DNA from: Candidatus Latescibacterota bacterium
Lineage (GTDB): Bacteria > Latescibacterota > CBDEFO01
DNA length: 64,000 nt
Reading direction: 5' to 3'
Assembly: GCA_965237525.1 (NCBI GenBank)
Contig: CBDEFO010000001.1
Span: 59,570-123,569, forward strand
The notes under the pieces are model-generated. The model saw only the letters and a list, made by a program, of their open reading frames with translations. It was not told the DNA's origin and searched no databases. How positions within the stretch are numbered: the stretch's first letter is position 1; each line of letters begins with the position of its first letter. This document shows positions 1 through 10,508 of this stretch, one piece after another. The position numbers and the translations under genes were made by a program.

Positions 1-1647
1 CTATGACCGATATGGAGTTCGAATCGGAGTTGTTGACGTAGACAAATCTGCTGTCGGATGTGGAGACGAGGTCAAGAGGAGAGCCTCCCACGGGAATGGT
101 GGTTCTTACTCTATTTGTGGCAGTTTCTATCACGCTTATGTTATCCGATTGGGAGTTGGATATATAGACCAGGCTGTCGTTGGGAGTGATAGCTATTCCG
201 ATCGGGTTGTCACCTACGGGTATGCGGGCGACGTGGTTGTAGGAACCCGTGTCTATGATTGAGACGAGGTTGGAGCGTCTGACAGCTATGTAGGCAAGAG
301 GTTCTCCTGTGGGGGGAAATATACGGTATTGAAAGGTCAGCTCTGGAGCCTGAGGGGGCAATGTGGATATGTTTCCGTCAGTATCCTCAGCAAGGATATA
401 GTATCTTATCTGTGTTCCTGCAATTTGGGGAGGGATCTGTCCGCCAAAAATGTGGTCGTTGGATCGGAGCAGGGGTATTTCATCAAAGTCATCCTCCCCG
501 TGGTGAAGAATAGCGAGGCGCTCTGTACACCTTCATCGTCTCGTATAGAGACGGTTACTGTGGCGCCCACTTGGTCGGAGTCCAGAATCCCTGCTACGTT
601 GGAGAGGATGGAAACACCGCTGATCAGAGGAAGGCCAGGAAGGGTAAAGCCCGTTACAAAATCGATATTACCGATTTCACCTCCGGCTTCTACAGTTACT
701 CGAAGGGCATCTTGGCTGTTCGGGACGTTGTCGAAGAATTCTCTCTCAAAGTCAGTGTCGAAGTTTTGAAAGATGCCTCCGAAGTTAGCATCTGTTATCG
801 GCCCATCTACAGGAGATATGGAGACAAGATACTGTCCCGGAGAAAGTCCAAAGATTATGTATTCGCCTGACCCTCTTCTTCCTGAAATTGCTCCGGAAAG
901 AGTGCTTACTACAAAGCGTCCTGTAACGGGATTAAGGGCGACGACGTTGGCTCCAAAGATGGGAGATCCATCGAACTGTGTGACTCTGCCTGATATAGTT
1001 CCTGTAGAGGAGAGAAACTGAGATGTTGGATAGATGATAGAGACGCCTGCTATATCGTCGGGTTCCAATGTCCTGCCGAGGGTCTGGCCAGTGGCAGAAC
1101 TGAACGGATTCATTGTGGGAGTAAACTGCGGAGAGCCTATAAGTCCTGTGTCGTCGAGTCCGAGGAAGTGCCCTATTTCGTGAGTGGCCGTATCTTCTAC
1201 ATCTATACCGCCTACCCCGTCGGTAGTGAACGTAAAGTCTCTTCCGTTGAAAATTATATCGGCGTCTCGTAGAGCGCCACTGCTTAAGCTGGCCGAGTTT
1301 GTTCTGGTTATGGCTATGACGCCGCTTCCCCGTGGGGAACCGATGATGGACCCGGTCTCGTCGAAGAGGATAAGGTTGACCCGATCGTTTGAAGACGCAA
1401 ATCTTTCAGTAAGGCCCTGATCTCTGAAAGATATGAACGCTGTGGGAACATCCTGCCACGTTTTGAACGACCTCCTTATAGCTTCAAATGCGCCCTCGTC
1501 CCCAATGTCGTCAGACCCTCTGGAGTTGATGCTGTAGGGGACCCCGGCTTCGGCGTTGGACCAGAAGAAGTTCACATTTCTGCCCAATCCCGTCTCGAAG
1601 GTCTGTCTGACAAAAGCCTGGGAATTTTGCGTCAGCGCAAAGAGCAT
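1..1647 (-). CDS. Secreted matrixin-like (M10/metzincin) metalloprotease with carboxypeptidase-regulatory-like domain and YVTN beta-propeller; frameshift at ~497-500; runs off window start
   Basis: ORF 406..1647 has THEIGHFLGLDD and a PTMNP Met-turn. Shifting frame at the CCCC run gives an open frame to position 1: EDDFDEIPL...LAYIAVRRSNLVSIIDTGSYNHVARIPVGDNPIGIAITPNDSLVYISNSQSDNISVIET (YVTN repeats). Confidence 0.8.
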
Positions 1648-1741
1648 AATGCAAGTAGACAGTAGACAGCGGTGACATCCTTTTCTTTTCCCTCATTTTG
1701 CAGTGGACGTTTTGCATAAGGTCTACTCCGGGATGGGCAAG

Positions 1742-2317
1742 CTATTTCCTAGGGTCGGTCTCAGAGTCAGCCTCTGTCCTGAGGATGGTCTGTATACTTT
1801 CTATGAGCTGATCAAGAGGGACAATGACTCTTTTGGCAGACGGGGATATTCTCGCTTCTTTCTTATCGTAGAGCGAGAGTCCATGAGGATCTGCGAACGT
1901 GATCTTTTTGCCGGAGATCTTGTCCTTTTGTATGTGGAATTTGCCCTGCGAAAGTCCGACTACCCAGGGATATGCCGCATCGTCTTCAGATGAGAGAAAC
2001 AGGAGCACTTCTTCATCGAGATTGAAATCAGGGACCCCAGGCACTATGGAGATTTCATCGCCTACCCTGCCTCCGGGATGTCGAACGGTGATGGAGTCGC
2101 CTGGTAAGTCGCCTTTGAGAACCTGATTGACTTTAAAGGTAGCGTAGGTATAGATATTGTTGTCCTTGGGGTCAATTTCGGTCCGCTTCGAGAGACAGTG
2201 TCCTGTAATTATGGTCTGGGCAAGTTCGGACATTTCGGATATGTCGAGCTTCAGGACAGTCGTTGACCACGCAGGTTGTGCTATCAGTAGGCTGAGTATA
2301 ACAAGCAAGATTGACAT
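1742..2317 (-). CDS. Secreted hypothetical protein upstream of the matrixin gene
   Basis: 191-aa ORF with signal peptide MSILLVILSLLIAQPAWS and a PGGRVG motif; co-oriented with the protease. Confidence 0.7.
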   Translation of the reverse strand: MSILLVILSLLIAQPAWSTTVLKLDISEMSELAQTIITGHCLSKRTEIDPKDNNIYTYATFKVNQVLKGDLPGDSITVRHPGGRVGDEISIVPGVPDFNLDEEVLLFLSSEDDAAYPWVVGLSQGKFHIQKDKISGKKITFADPHGLSLYDKKEARISPSAKRVIVPLDQLIESIQTILRTEADSETDPRK

Positions 2318-2570
2318 TTGGCTCTCCCAACAAAAGGGGGGATCATAATGCTACAAAGGCGCATAGACACCCCCGGTTTCAAGATGTTTGATCCGCTTTG
2401 GCTTAAGACGTAAATTATAACAAAAAGATTCAACAAGAGTCAAAAAATAATTCTCACAGCGGAACTGTGATAGAAAAGCTATTATACTACTTAAGAGGTC
2501 ATCCGCCTTTTACGTACTGCTCAAGCTTTTCTAGTAGGTACTATCGGGCTGTGCTCTTGAACACCTCTCA

Positions 2571-3176
2571 TTAGTGTTTACCTGCCATCCATTGCGACAA
2601 AGAATTTAAACTTCGCTTCAGACTTTCAGAACGAGTGGCGGCTCTTTTTAGATTCCAGTATTCCGTAGTGAACTCTATTAAACGCGATGTGTACGCTGGC
2701 CCCTGCCTGGCTGTACTACCTTCTGATGGAACAATATCTTCGCGGATCGTCTTGCTCCTGGAGCGACGTGCAACATTCATCAGGGTTATTTTCGGATTTT
2801 CCTCGCTTTCAGGTTGCATTGGAATTATTTGTTCTGAAACTCCAAGAAAAAGGGCTATCTGGCTCCTATCTGCTAACAACCAGGCTTCTACAGCTTTTAC
2901 CGCAACGCGCAATTGAAGGTTCTGATTCCGCGTGGGAAGCCATGAGCTGATAAATGGAGGTGGACATTCGGCCTCATTATTCAAATCTACCAGAATCACC
3001 CATCTTCCATATTGTGCCGCCTGGTTGTACCCGGGTACATTCTTTTTCAAGTAGTTTTTGCCCCGTTTCCCATAGGACCTGCCAACTTCGATGCCGACAG
3101 ATATAAGGACTTTCTTCAAAACAACTTCATCCAAATTTCCTTCTACTGCGATATTTACAGTCGGACTGTTTGTCAT
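2571..3176 (-). CDS. TOPRIM-fold protein (DUF4276/OLD-TOPRIM-like), partner of the adjacent ATPase
   Basis: IAVEGNLDE (VEGxxD), LVDLN and AVEAWLLAD motifs; 5 bp downstream of the ATPase. Confidence 0.7.
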   Translation of the reverse strand: MTNSPTVNIAVEGNLDEVVLKKVLISVGIEVGRSYGKRGKNYLKKNVPGYNQAAQYGRWVILVDLNNEAECPPPFISSWLPTRNQNLQLRVAVKAVEAWLLADRSQIALFLGVSEQIIPMQPESEENPKITLMNVARRSRSKTIREDIVPSEGSTARQGPAYTSRLIEFTTEYWNLKRAATRSESLKRSLNSLSQWMAGKH

Positions 3177-3181
3177 CGTTT

Positions 3182-4339
3182 TTACAATGGAAAGAGCAGT
3201 TCTAACTGTTGTGTGTCCTTTGGCTGAGTTGCAGGTAATACCGCATCCCCAATACTTAGTCCCGCTTCGAGAAGTGCTCTTATCTGCTCATCATCCTTAC
3301 CGACAATTGCCTCTGTCCCTTCTTTTAAAGGAATTAGCATTAGAACTTCCTCGCCTCCAATTCCCTTATCCGAGATAAGTTCAGAGCTGTGTGTGCTCAC
3401 CAAAACCTGTCGACGCGGACGTTTTGATTTTTTCTGAAGACGGTATATGACACCAGCAAGGTGTCGGACTATACCGGGATGCAAAGAAAGTTCCGGTTCT
3501 TCAAGCAACAGCGGCCCTTGGCCATCTAACAAGGACCAGAGAAACCCCACTAAGCGAAGTGTTCCATCTGAAAATTGCTTCTCGTACTGCCAAGCTCCTT
3601 GCCCGCGCCAGTGCTCATAGAGCGCCTTCAAGTGTGGAGCGCCGCGAGGGTCGCGCTCTAATTGAAGCTCTTTCAACTGGGGGACGGAAATCTTAAGAGC
3701 CTCTTCAATTCTACGAAGTCGTGCTGCGCGTGTATTCTTCGGTGTGGTCATCAGCCCCTCTAAGAAATCTCCTCCGAAAGGGTCACCAATTTGGCCCCTG
3801 AATCGCTCAGGATCTCGAATAATATGAGGAACGACGTGCAAATACCGAATGCTTTCAAAGAAACGGGATAGCTCTCTATAGTCTTTGTTTACGTTGACTT
3901 GCTCAAGGTAAGTCTGTGTAAGTTGCGCAGGATCATCTTTGTCCTGTTCATCCGGACGATTTAGAAGCTGTTCCTCCTTCTTCCATATCTGTTCCCGTTT
4001 GAGGAAGGGTTTTTGGTTATTATCCTGGTTGAACTCAATCCGATATTGCCAGAGAGGACAATCTTTAGGATCTGAGGGATCTCCCACCTGAACCTCCAGG
4101 GCAATATCTGAATACCTGCGAGCGGCTAAGCACCTAAGACTTGAGACGCCACCGCGATCCTCCACTGCCTTCTGAAAGCCTCCTCCCGCTTTTACTATAT
4201 CTCGGAGAAAGCGAAAGGGATCCAGTAGATTTGATTTTCCTGAGGCGTTGGGACCTACAAGGAACATCCTCGATGCCAGTGAGACATCAACCACAGTAAA
4301 ATTTCGCCAATTCGAAAGTTTGAGATGCTTGAATTGCAT
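3182..4339 (-). CDS. ABC/SMC-type ATPase (AAA_21/AAA_15-like)
   Basis: Walker A GPNASGKS, signature FSDGT, Walker B LLLEEPE, H-loop STHS. Confidence 0.88.
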   Translation of the reverse strand: MQFKHLKLSNWRNFTVVDVSLASRMFLVGPNASGKSNLLDPFRFLRDIVKAGGGFQKAVEDRGGVSSLRCLAARRYSDIALEVQVGDPSDPKDCPLWQYRIEFNQDNNQKPFLKREQIWKKEEQLLNRPDEQDKDDPAQLTQTYLEQVNVNKDYRELSRFFESIRYLHVVPHIIRDPERFRGQIGDPFGGDFLEGLMTTPKNTRAARLRRIEEALKISVPQLKELQLERDPRGAPHLKALYEHWRGQGAWQYEKQFSDGTLRLVGFLWSLLDGQGPLLLEEPELSLHPGIVRHLAGVIYRLQKKSKRPRRQVLVSTHSSELISDKGIGGEEVLMLIPLKEGTEAIVGKDDEQIRALLEAGLSIGDAVLPATQPKDTQQLELLFPL

Positions 4340-4363
4340 TATCCGTCACCTCATTCCCAACTC

Positions 4364-4543
4364 CTAAGAAGTCGTCGGCCTTTTGAAGTACTCTTCGTGC
4401 CGTTCAAGAGACCGATACCCCAAAATCCCTTGAGCTTTGTTCACAGTGTACTTGACGTGACCGAGATAGCTCCGAATATTGAACGTCTGAAAATAATCGG
4501 GCACCACTTCCATCTCCAGTGCCAGACGACAGGAGTGAAGCAG
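4364..4543 (-). pseudogene. 3' remnant of an NAD-dependent epimerase paralogue
   Basis: Translates LLHSCRLALEMEVVPDYFQTFNIRSYLGHVKYTVNKAQGILGYRSLERHEEYFKRPTTS*, homologous to the C-termini of 7084..7800 and 7869..8588; no 5' part. Confidence 0.8.
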
Positions 4544-4575
4544 GCCGTTTTGTCGTTGTCATCCTGAAGGTGTCT

Positions 4576-7017
4576 CTAGACATCGGCGACAGAGTTGTCG
4601 TCTGCGTTCCAGGATCCGAAGTATCCGCGGTTTCGGTTGAACGGCCGACTGGCGATTACTTCCTCGTCGAGGTCAATTCCAAGACCAGGTTCAGTGGGTA
4701 GTGGTTATTTATCAAATGAAATCGGTGCACTTCTCTTTCGATCTTTGATTGATCTTGAATGATAGGTTTTCGACAATCTTTGGTTTCTGTTCTTTTTCAA
4801 AATGGATGTATAATTGTTCTTCTTTTAGGTTCCATTCAGCCAGGACAAAGTAGTTGGTGTAAGAGGAGGGAAGAGATACTTTCTCATTTAGGACATCGAT
4901 AAAGGCTTTATCTGTCTGTTCTGTGTCCTGTTTGACTTGTCTGATAAAATAGGTCTTGGGAATGAAATCTTTCTCGTTTGACTTCTCTTGCTTAGGTGGA
5001 CGGTAGCCGGTGTATCTCTGTGATGAAAGATTAAACCATTCTAACTTCTGATCAACTTCTTGTAAGCTTTTGAACTGAATTCTGTTCCAGAACTTCCTTG
5101 AAAATACAGAATTGTTGCCTTCTATAGATGCTTGAGAAAAGGGCCTTCTGGGAACGGCAAATATCGGAATCACTTGATTTTTCAAGAGAAACTGCATTGC
5201 TTTGCTGACATTCCTTTTACCTGAAACACTGCCAATAGTCGCCGAGCAATTGTCCACCTTAACGAAATCTGGTTTTTCAAACCTGTCAAAGAAAGACTGA
5301 CACTTCTCGATAAAGTTAGTTGCTGTTTGACCGTCAACCCGCCGAAAATACCTTAACTTAGGCTCTTTCTTAAAGGAAAATCCAACGAAGTTGACCGGCT
5401 CAGTTCTGCCGGTAAGATACTTTTTACCAATAAAGTCTGATTCTAGGACTCTGCCTCCTAAAAGATAGTAAATGGTATACTCTGGATAACAAAGATAACG
5501 AGATGCACCCTTGTTTTTACCTTTCTTCCTTCTCTGGGAAAGTCCTAAATCTGAAAGCATTCTGCCGATAGTCGGCAACGACGGAGGAGGGGTGCTAGAA
5601 TATCGATTCCTCCATTCTTGTTCAATAACAGTGGCTCCTGAATAGAACTGATAAGGATCGTCCTCTAAACTATGGTAAATCTCTTTGATTCTCTGTTCGT
5701 CAACTTTAGCCAATTTTCGCCTTTTTCCTTTTGGCCAACCCCGATTATCTATGGCAAAATCCTGATCCGGAGATTTAGTCCAAGCTGTAACGAAATCATT
5801 GGAAACTCTCGCTTGTTTGATAACTTCTCGCTTTGACATTTCTTTCTTAAAATACATCTCGTTGACTTCTTGTCTTAATACGGCCAATCTCTCTTTGTCC
5901 ATAGGACTCCGTAGATTAAAGTTAAGACAATCAACTCAACTTAATCTACTAATACTCTAAACAAAGATCAAATTAGGTGCACCGATTTCATTTGATATTC
6001 AACCGGTAGCTCGTAGTAACCGTCCACAATCTTAAGCGGCTTCTTCTGGACCTTGTCGTGCCAGGGCATGTCATGCGCCGTCTCAAGAATCTGGAAGTTC
6101 GGCACCGCCGCACAGAGATGCAGGCTGGCTGCGCAGGCCACCGGGCCATTGGGATTGTGTGGTGCCAAGGTGATGTGCTCCGTTTCAGCCGCAGCCGCAA
6201 TGCGTCGGAGTTCCGAGATGCCACCGCCATGGCAGATATCGGGTTGAATCACGTCGACCAGCCTGCGCGCAAGAAGGTCCTTAAAGTCCCATCGGAAGTA
6301 GAGGCGCTCTCCTGTCGCCAGATCAGTGTGTAACCTGGCCCTGCGGACAAGTTCGAGCGAGTCGAGGTTCTCCTGCGGCACCGGCTCTTCAAAGAAGAGG
6401 ACATCTAAATCATCAATCGCCTTGATCAGTCTTATTGCTGCACTCGGACGAGATCGGCCATGATTGTCGATCATGATGTCGATGTCGGGGCCGACTTCGG
6501 CACGCATCGCCTTGATCTTCTCGCGCAGCGCGTCTGGAATCTCTTTCTCCTTAGTTTCATCTGTGTCGGTAATCCACCCTGCGGTCTTGAACGCTGTGAA
6601 GCCTTTGTCAACAACCTCACACGCTTCTAACGGATCCAGTGCGTGGGAGTACGCCCGGACGCGATCTCGCACAGCGCCGCCGAGCAATTTGTAAACGGGC
6701 TGGCCATATACCTTACCGGTGATGTCCCACAGGGCCTGATCGATCGCGGAGATCGCAGAGCCAAGCACGACGCCGCCTTTCCAGAAGCCATGGCGGTACA
6801 GCGCCTGCCACAGCTTCTCGATCTGCGTAGGATCGCGCCCTTCAATGCGGTTCGAAATAGCGTGGATCGCGGCTTCAGCGGCAAGCTCATGACCCTCAAG
6901 CGTGCCCTCACCCCAGCCATAAATCCCTTCGTCTGTTATGATCTTGACGAACAACCACTGGCGGTCGATTCCCTCCATCAGAAAGGTCGTAACGTCTGTG
7001 ATCTTCATATCCTCCAT
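4576..7017 (-). pseudogene. dgoD: Galactonate dehydratase-like enolase-superfamily gene split by an IS
   Basis: N-part 6005..7017 (GWGE, DNHGR, FFEEP, ATGER, QPDICHGGGISE, APHN). The C-terminus LPTEPGLGIDLDEEVIASRPF...SVADV* resumes at 4702..4576 beyond the IS. Confidence 0.8.
4703..6004 (-). mobile_element. IS481-like insertion sequence, copy 1 (1302 bp; transposase 4712..5902)
   Basis: 28-bp imperfect TIRs GGTTGAATATCAAATGAAATCGGTGCAC / GGTTATTTATCAAATGAAATCGGTGCAC. 396-aa HTH+DDE protein (ESDF, VDN, IEG). Flanks GGTAGT/GGTAGC (5 of 6 match). Confidence 0.9.
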
Positions 7018-7083
7018 CTCCCTATCTACGCGCTCTATTTGTACAGCGTCATAGCAACGTTGACCCTGCTCACGACAGATGAT

Positions 7084-7800
7084 TCAGCCCGTCGGCCTTT
7101 TGAAGTAATTCTCAAGCTGTTCCAGTGGCTGATACCCCAGAATCCTTTGAGCCTTGTCCACAAGATACTTTCCTTGACCGAGATAGCTCAGCATGTTGAA
7201 TATCTGGAAATAACCGGGGACTTCCTCTATCTCCAGCGCCAGGCGACAGGCGTGCTGGAGATCTTCCCACACAATCGTGAAGAAGGAGAAGTCCTTCTTC
7301 AACACAGGCTCTGTCGGCTTAGCACCGAGGCCATGAAACAAAAAACAGACGGTATGTATGCCATAGGTTCGTGCGTAAATCTTGCATATCTCAAGGCTGA
7401 GATACTTGGTGATTGTGTAGTAGCCTGTGCCCGGAGATGGCGGCACATCGTCTATCTCAAATTCGAGGTTATAGGCAGGTATGACAAGCTCTGGGCCGGT
7501 GTGGACCACTTTCTTGATTCCGTGCTCTGCCGCAGCCTTCATCACATGATACGCACCCTTGGTGTTCACCTCGAAGCTCAAGACGGGATCGTGGCGAACC
7601 ACCGTAAAGTTCATAATTGCATCCATGCCACGAGATGCCTCCAACACCTGCTCGTAAGATGTGACGTCAACGGTTTTGATGGGCTTTCCGTCAGAATGTG
7701 GCTTTATATCAGTAAGGTGGAGGCGATAGTCCGACTCGAGTCCCGGCGTGACATAAGGCATTATCAAACCAGATGCTCCCAGTACAAGGACATCCTTCAT
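7084..7800 (-). CDS. NAD-dependent epimerase/dehydratase (extended SDR, uronate dehydrogenase-like)
   Basis: VLGASGLI Rossmann motif; YTITK (YxxxK). Confidence 0.85.
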   Translation of the reverse strand: MKDVLVLGASGLIMPYVTPGLESDYRLHLTDIKPHSDGKPIKTVDVTSYEQVLEASRGMDAIMNFTVVRHDPVLSFEVNTKGAYHVMKAAAEHGIKKVVHTGPELVIPAYNLEFEIDDVPPSPGTGYYTITKYLSLEICKIYARTYGIHTVCFLFHGLGAKPTEPVLKKDFSFFTIVWEDLQHACRLALEIEEVPGYFQIFNMLSYLGQGKYLVDKAQRILGYQPLEQLENYFKRPTG

Positions 7801-7868
7801 AGCAATGATTGCCTCCTTACTTATGCAATCTGCTCATCCAGCGTCGTAAGATGGACGATTAGTTGATC

Positions 7869-8588
7869 TTAAGAAGTTGTCGGTCTTTTGAAGTACTGCT
7901 CAACCTGTTCCAGTGACTGATACCCTAGAATTCTCCAAGCTTTGTCCACAAGGTACTTCCCGTGACCAAGATAGCTCAACATGTTGAATATCTGAAACTG
8001 ATCGGGTACTTCCTCTATCTCCAGTGCCAGACGACAAGCGTGCTGAAGATCCTCCCACACAATCGTGAAGGGAGGAAAGTCCTTCTTTAACACAGGTTCT
8101 TTCGGCTTGAAATCGAGGCCGTTGAACACAAAACAGACAGTCTGGATGCCGTAAGCCCGTGCGTAAATTTTGCAGATTTCAAAGCTGAGATACTTGGTGA
8201 TGTAGTAGTATCCCGTGCCCGGTGTTCTCGGTACATCGTCTATGTCAAATTCGTGGCCGTACGTGTGTCGGATCATCTGTGGACCCGTATGGACCACTTT
8301 CTTGATTCCGTGCTCTGCCGCAGCCTTCATCACATGATACGCACCCTTGGTGTTCACCTCGAAGCTCAAGACGGGATCGTGGCGAACCACCGTAAAGTTC
8401 ATAATTGCGTCCATGCCACGAGATGCCTCCAACACCTGCTCGTAAGATGTGACGTCAACGGTTTTGATGGGCTTTCCGTCAGAATGTGGCTTTATATCAG
8501 CAAGGTGCAGGCGATAGTCCGACTCGAGTCCCGGCGTGACATAAGGCATTATCAAACCAGATGCTCCCAGTACAAGGACATCCTTCAT
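7869..8588 (-). CDS. NAD-dependent epimerase/dehydratase (tandem paralogue)
   Basis: First ~100 aa nearly identical to 7084..7800; YYITK. Confidence 0.85.
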   Translation of the reverse strand: MKDVLVLGASGLIMPYVTPGLESDYRLHLADIKPHSDGKPIKTVDVTSYEQVLEASRGMDAIMNFTVVRHDPVLSFEVNTKGAYHVMKAAAEHGIKKVVHTGPQMIRHTYGHEFDIDDVPRTPGTGYYYITKYLSFEICKIYARAYGIQTVCFVFNGLDFKPKEPVLKKDFPPFTIVWEDLQHACRLALEIEEVPDQFQIFNMLSYLGHGKYLVDKAWRILGYQSLEQVEQYFKRPTTS

Positions 8589-8617
8589 ATCAATAACTCC
8601 CTATCTGTGCGACCTGT

Positions 8618-9367
8618 TCATTCTGAGTCGTAATGCGCGCTGAAGTTGTGAGTGGGCTGATACCCGAGCCCCTGCGCGCTATCTATCAGGAACTTAGGAT
8701 TGGGAATGTCGGCACAGATATGGAACAGACCCCAGCGACCCGCCCACTTGATAGAGTTGCTGGTATCTAGGTCGAGGGCACATCGAAATGCGTGCGCCGC
8801 ATCCCTCAAATCGAGCCACATCAGGTCAGGGGTATCTTGCTCCACTTCTTCCTCCACTACTAACTCTCCGAGTCGGAGACAGGTCACAGTGACCATGTAA
8901 TCTCGCGCAAACTCTCGACAGGTCAATTCCCCCAGATATGTTGTCATCTCTTCCATTTCAGGCGAGGGAAGTGGCTTCCACATCTCACTGATATAGACAT
9001 CGTCGGGATAGGTGCCAAAGACTGCCAAGGTCCCTGTACAGATCAGCTTCTTGACACCAGCCGAAATGGCAGCATCGAAAATGTTGTAGCTTCCCCTTGT
9101 CGCAAGATCAAGCAACATCTCTTCTCGCTTCAGTTCATCATCTGGATGTCCTGGTGGAGGTTCCCCTGTGTGAATCAAGGCGTCGATCCCTCGCACAGCT
9201 TTCCAAGCATCGTCAGGATCCAGGAGACTTCCCTGTACACATTCAAAATTATCACCCTCAGTATCAACCGGGACAGTGTCCACAAGACGCAGGTTATGGT
9301 CTTTGCCCAATTCCTCCGCAATTGCACGCCCAAGGCGGCTGGATGCTCCTGTTATCAGTATCTTCAC
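8618..9367 (-). CDS. NAD-dependent epimerase/dehydratase, divergent
   Basis: KILITGASSRLG; WLDLRDAA; canonical YxxxK not evident. Confidence 0.8.
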   Translation of the reverse strand: MKILITGASSRLGRAIAEELGKDHNLRLVDTVPVDTEGDNFECVQGSLLDPDDAWKAVRGIDALIHTGEPPPGHPDDELKREEMLLDLATRGSYNIFDAAISAGVKKLICTGTLAVFGTYPDDVYISEMWKPLPSPEMEEMTTYLGELTCREFARDYMVTVTCLRLGELVVEEEVEQDTPDLMWLDLRDAAHAFRCALDLDTSNSIKWAGRWGLFHICADIPNPKFLIDSAQGLGYQPTHNFSAHYDSE

Positions 9368-9797
9368 GTAGTCCTCCTGCTTCCAAAGGTATGCTCTTTG
9401 TCATCCCACAATCTGGATCAACAGAGTTCTGATAGTTCCTCTGTCTACTCCTAATATTGCCTAATATGCCAAGGTCAGAACATACGTTCCTCTCATGCAA
9501 AAGTCAAGTCAATTCCTACATAATTGTCTCGAATCTGAATGATGCTTCCCGCTGGATATTGATATCAAGCCCAGAGGGATTCAAATCCCAAACCTTAAAC
9601 TGAAAACTGTCTATCCTATTCAGGTTGCTCATCATCGTTGACAAATGCCTATTTATGCTTCTGCGGTTTGCGAGCCTGTTCTTTAACTTCGTTGACACCT
9701 TCTGCAAGGGATACAGCGGCATTACTCCTGTACTAGAGAGGGGATTAGTATAGCGCGCCGGGCTGGTGAAGTGGTCGGAAGAAGGTGTAAAAAAAGC

Positions 9798-9826
9798 TTG
9801 ACACTATTACTTAGGAGAGCTATTTT
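9798..9826 (+). promoter_or_regulatory. sigma70-type promoter of the PNPOx/kinase operon
   Basis: TTGACA-17 bp-TATTTT about 200 bp upstream of the ATG at 10029. Confidence 0.55.
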
Positions 9827-10028
9827 CATGCCTGATACATTCAGCTTGGCTCGGGCAAGAAATCTGTATCTTCTAAGAAATTGATCAGCTACATACTTAA
9901 AATATCTGAAGCACTTGCCCCGAAGCTTCTCAAACGACTAGAGTAGCAACCTGTGAATTTAGAAGTCCAAATCAACAGTAGGGATCTCAAACCGAGCGGA
10001 TAGCACAGTACATTTAGAGGAGTCGACC

Positions 10029-10508
10029 ATGATTACCGGCAAGATTATGAAGTTCTTAGAAGACCAGGCGACGGTTGCCATCTGTGGCACCAGAGACGAG
10101 TACCTCATCCCGCATCTTCACCGAGTGTCAGGATGGCGCGTCGATCCAGACCAGCAAACGATCAGCTGCTCCATCCCGGAAAACTTTACCAAAGATCTGA
10201 TCAGCTCGCTCGAAGACAACGGTCAGTTCGCCCTGACGGTCGAACAGATCGGTTCACACGAGACCTATCAATTCAAGGGAGAATATGTTGACTCCGGGCC
10301 GTGCGACGAAGCCGACATCGTCGCCTTCGAGCAATGCAGGGAGCGGTTCGGAAAAATCGTCAGCAGTTTATTCGGTTTATCCGAGGAAGTAACCCAGGCC
10401 TACATCCAAAAACCGAGCATTGTCATAAGTTTCAAAGTGCGGGAGATCTTCCTTCAAACGCCTGGACCCGGTGCTGGTCACAAGCTCGTACCGGCGGCGG
10501 AGGCATGA
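10029..10508 (+). CDS. Pyridoxamine 5'-phosphate oxidase-like (FMN split-barrel) protein
   Basis: ICGTRDEYLIP, HETYQFKG, FLQTPGPGAG motifs; RBS GAGGAG. Confidence 0.75.
   Translation: MITGKIMKFLEDQATVAICGTRDEYLIPHLHRVSGWRVDPDQQTISCSIPENFTKDLISSLEDNGQFALTVEQIGSHETYQFKGEYVDSGPCDEADIVAFEQCRERFGKIVSSLFGLSEEVTQAYIQKPSIVISFKVREIFLQTPGPGAGHKLVPAAEA

Noticed and set aside
5968..6004. Identical C-terminal tag VEYQMKSVHLI on dgoD and on ORF 28540..30429
   Set aside because: It is read-through into the left TIR of the IS, not a shared sorting signal.
6643..7866. 407-aa plus-strand ORF and other long antisense ORFs (25166..26071, 23526..24308, 36761..37687)
   Set aside because: They are shadows of well-supported genes on the opposite strand and have no recognisable motifs.
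9516..9722. 68-aa minus-strand ORF
   Set aside because: No motif and a poorly spaced RBS; cannot be supported as a gene.
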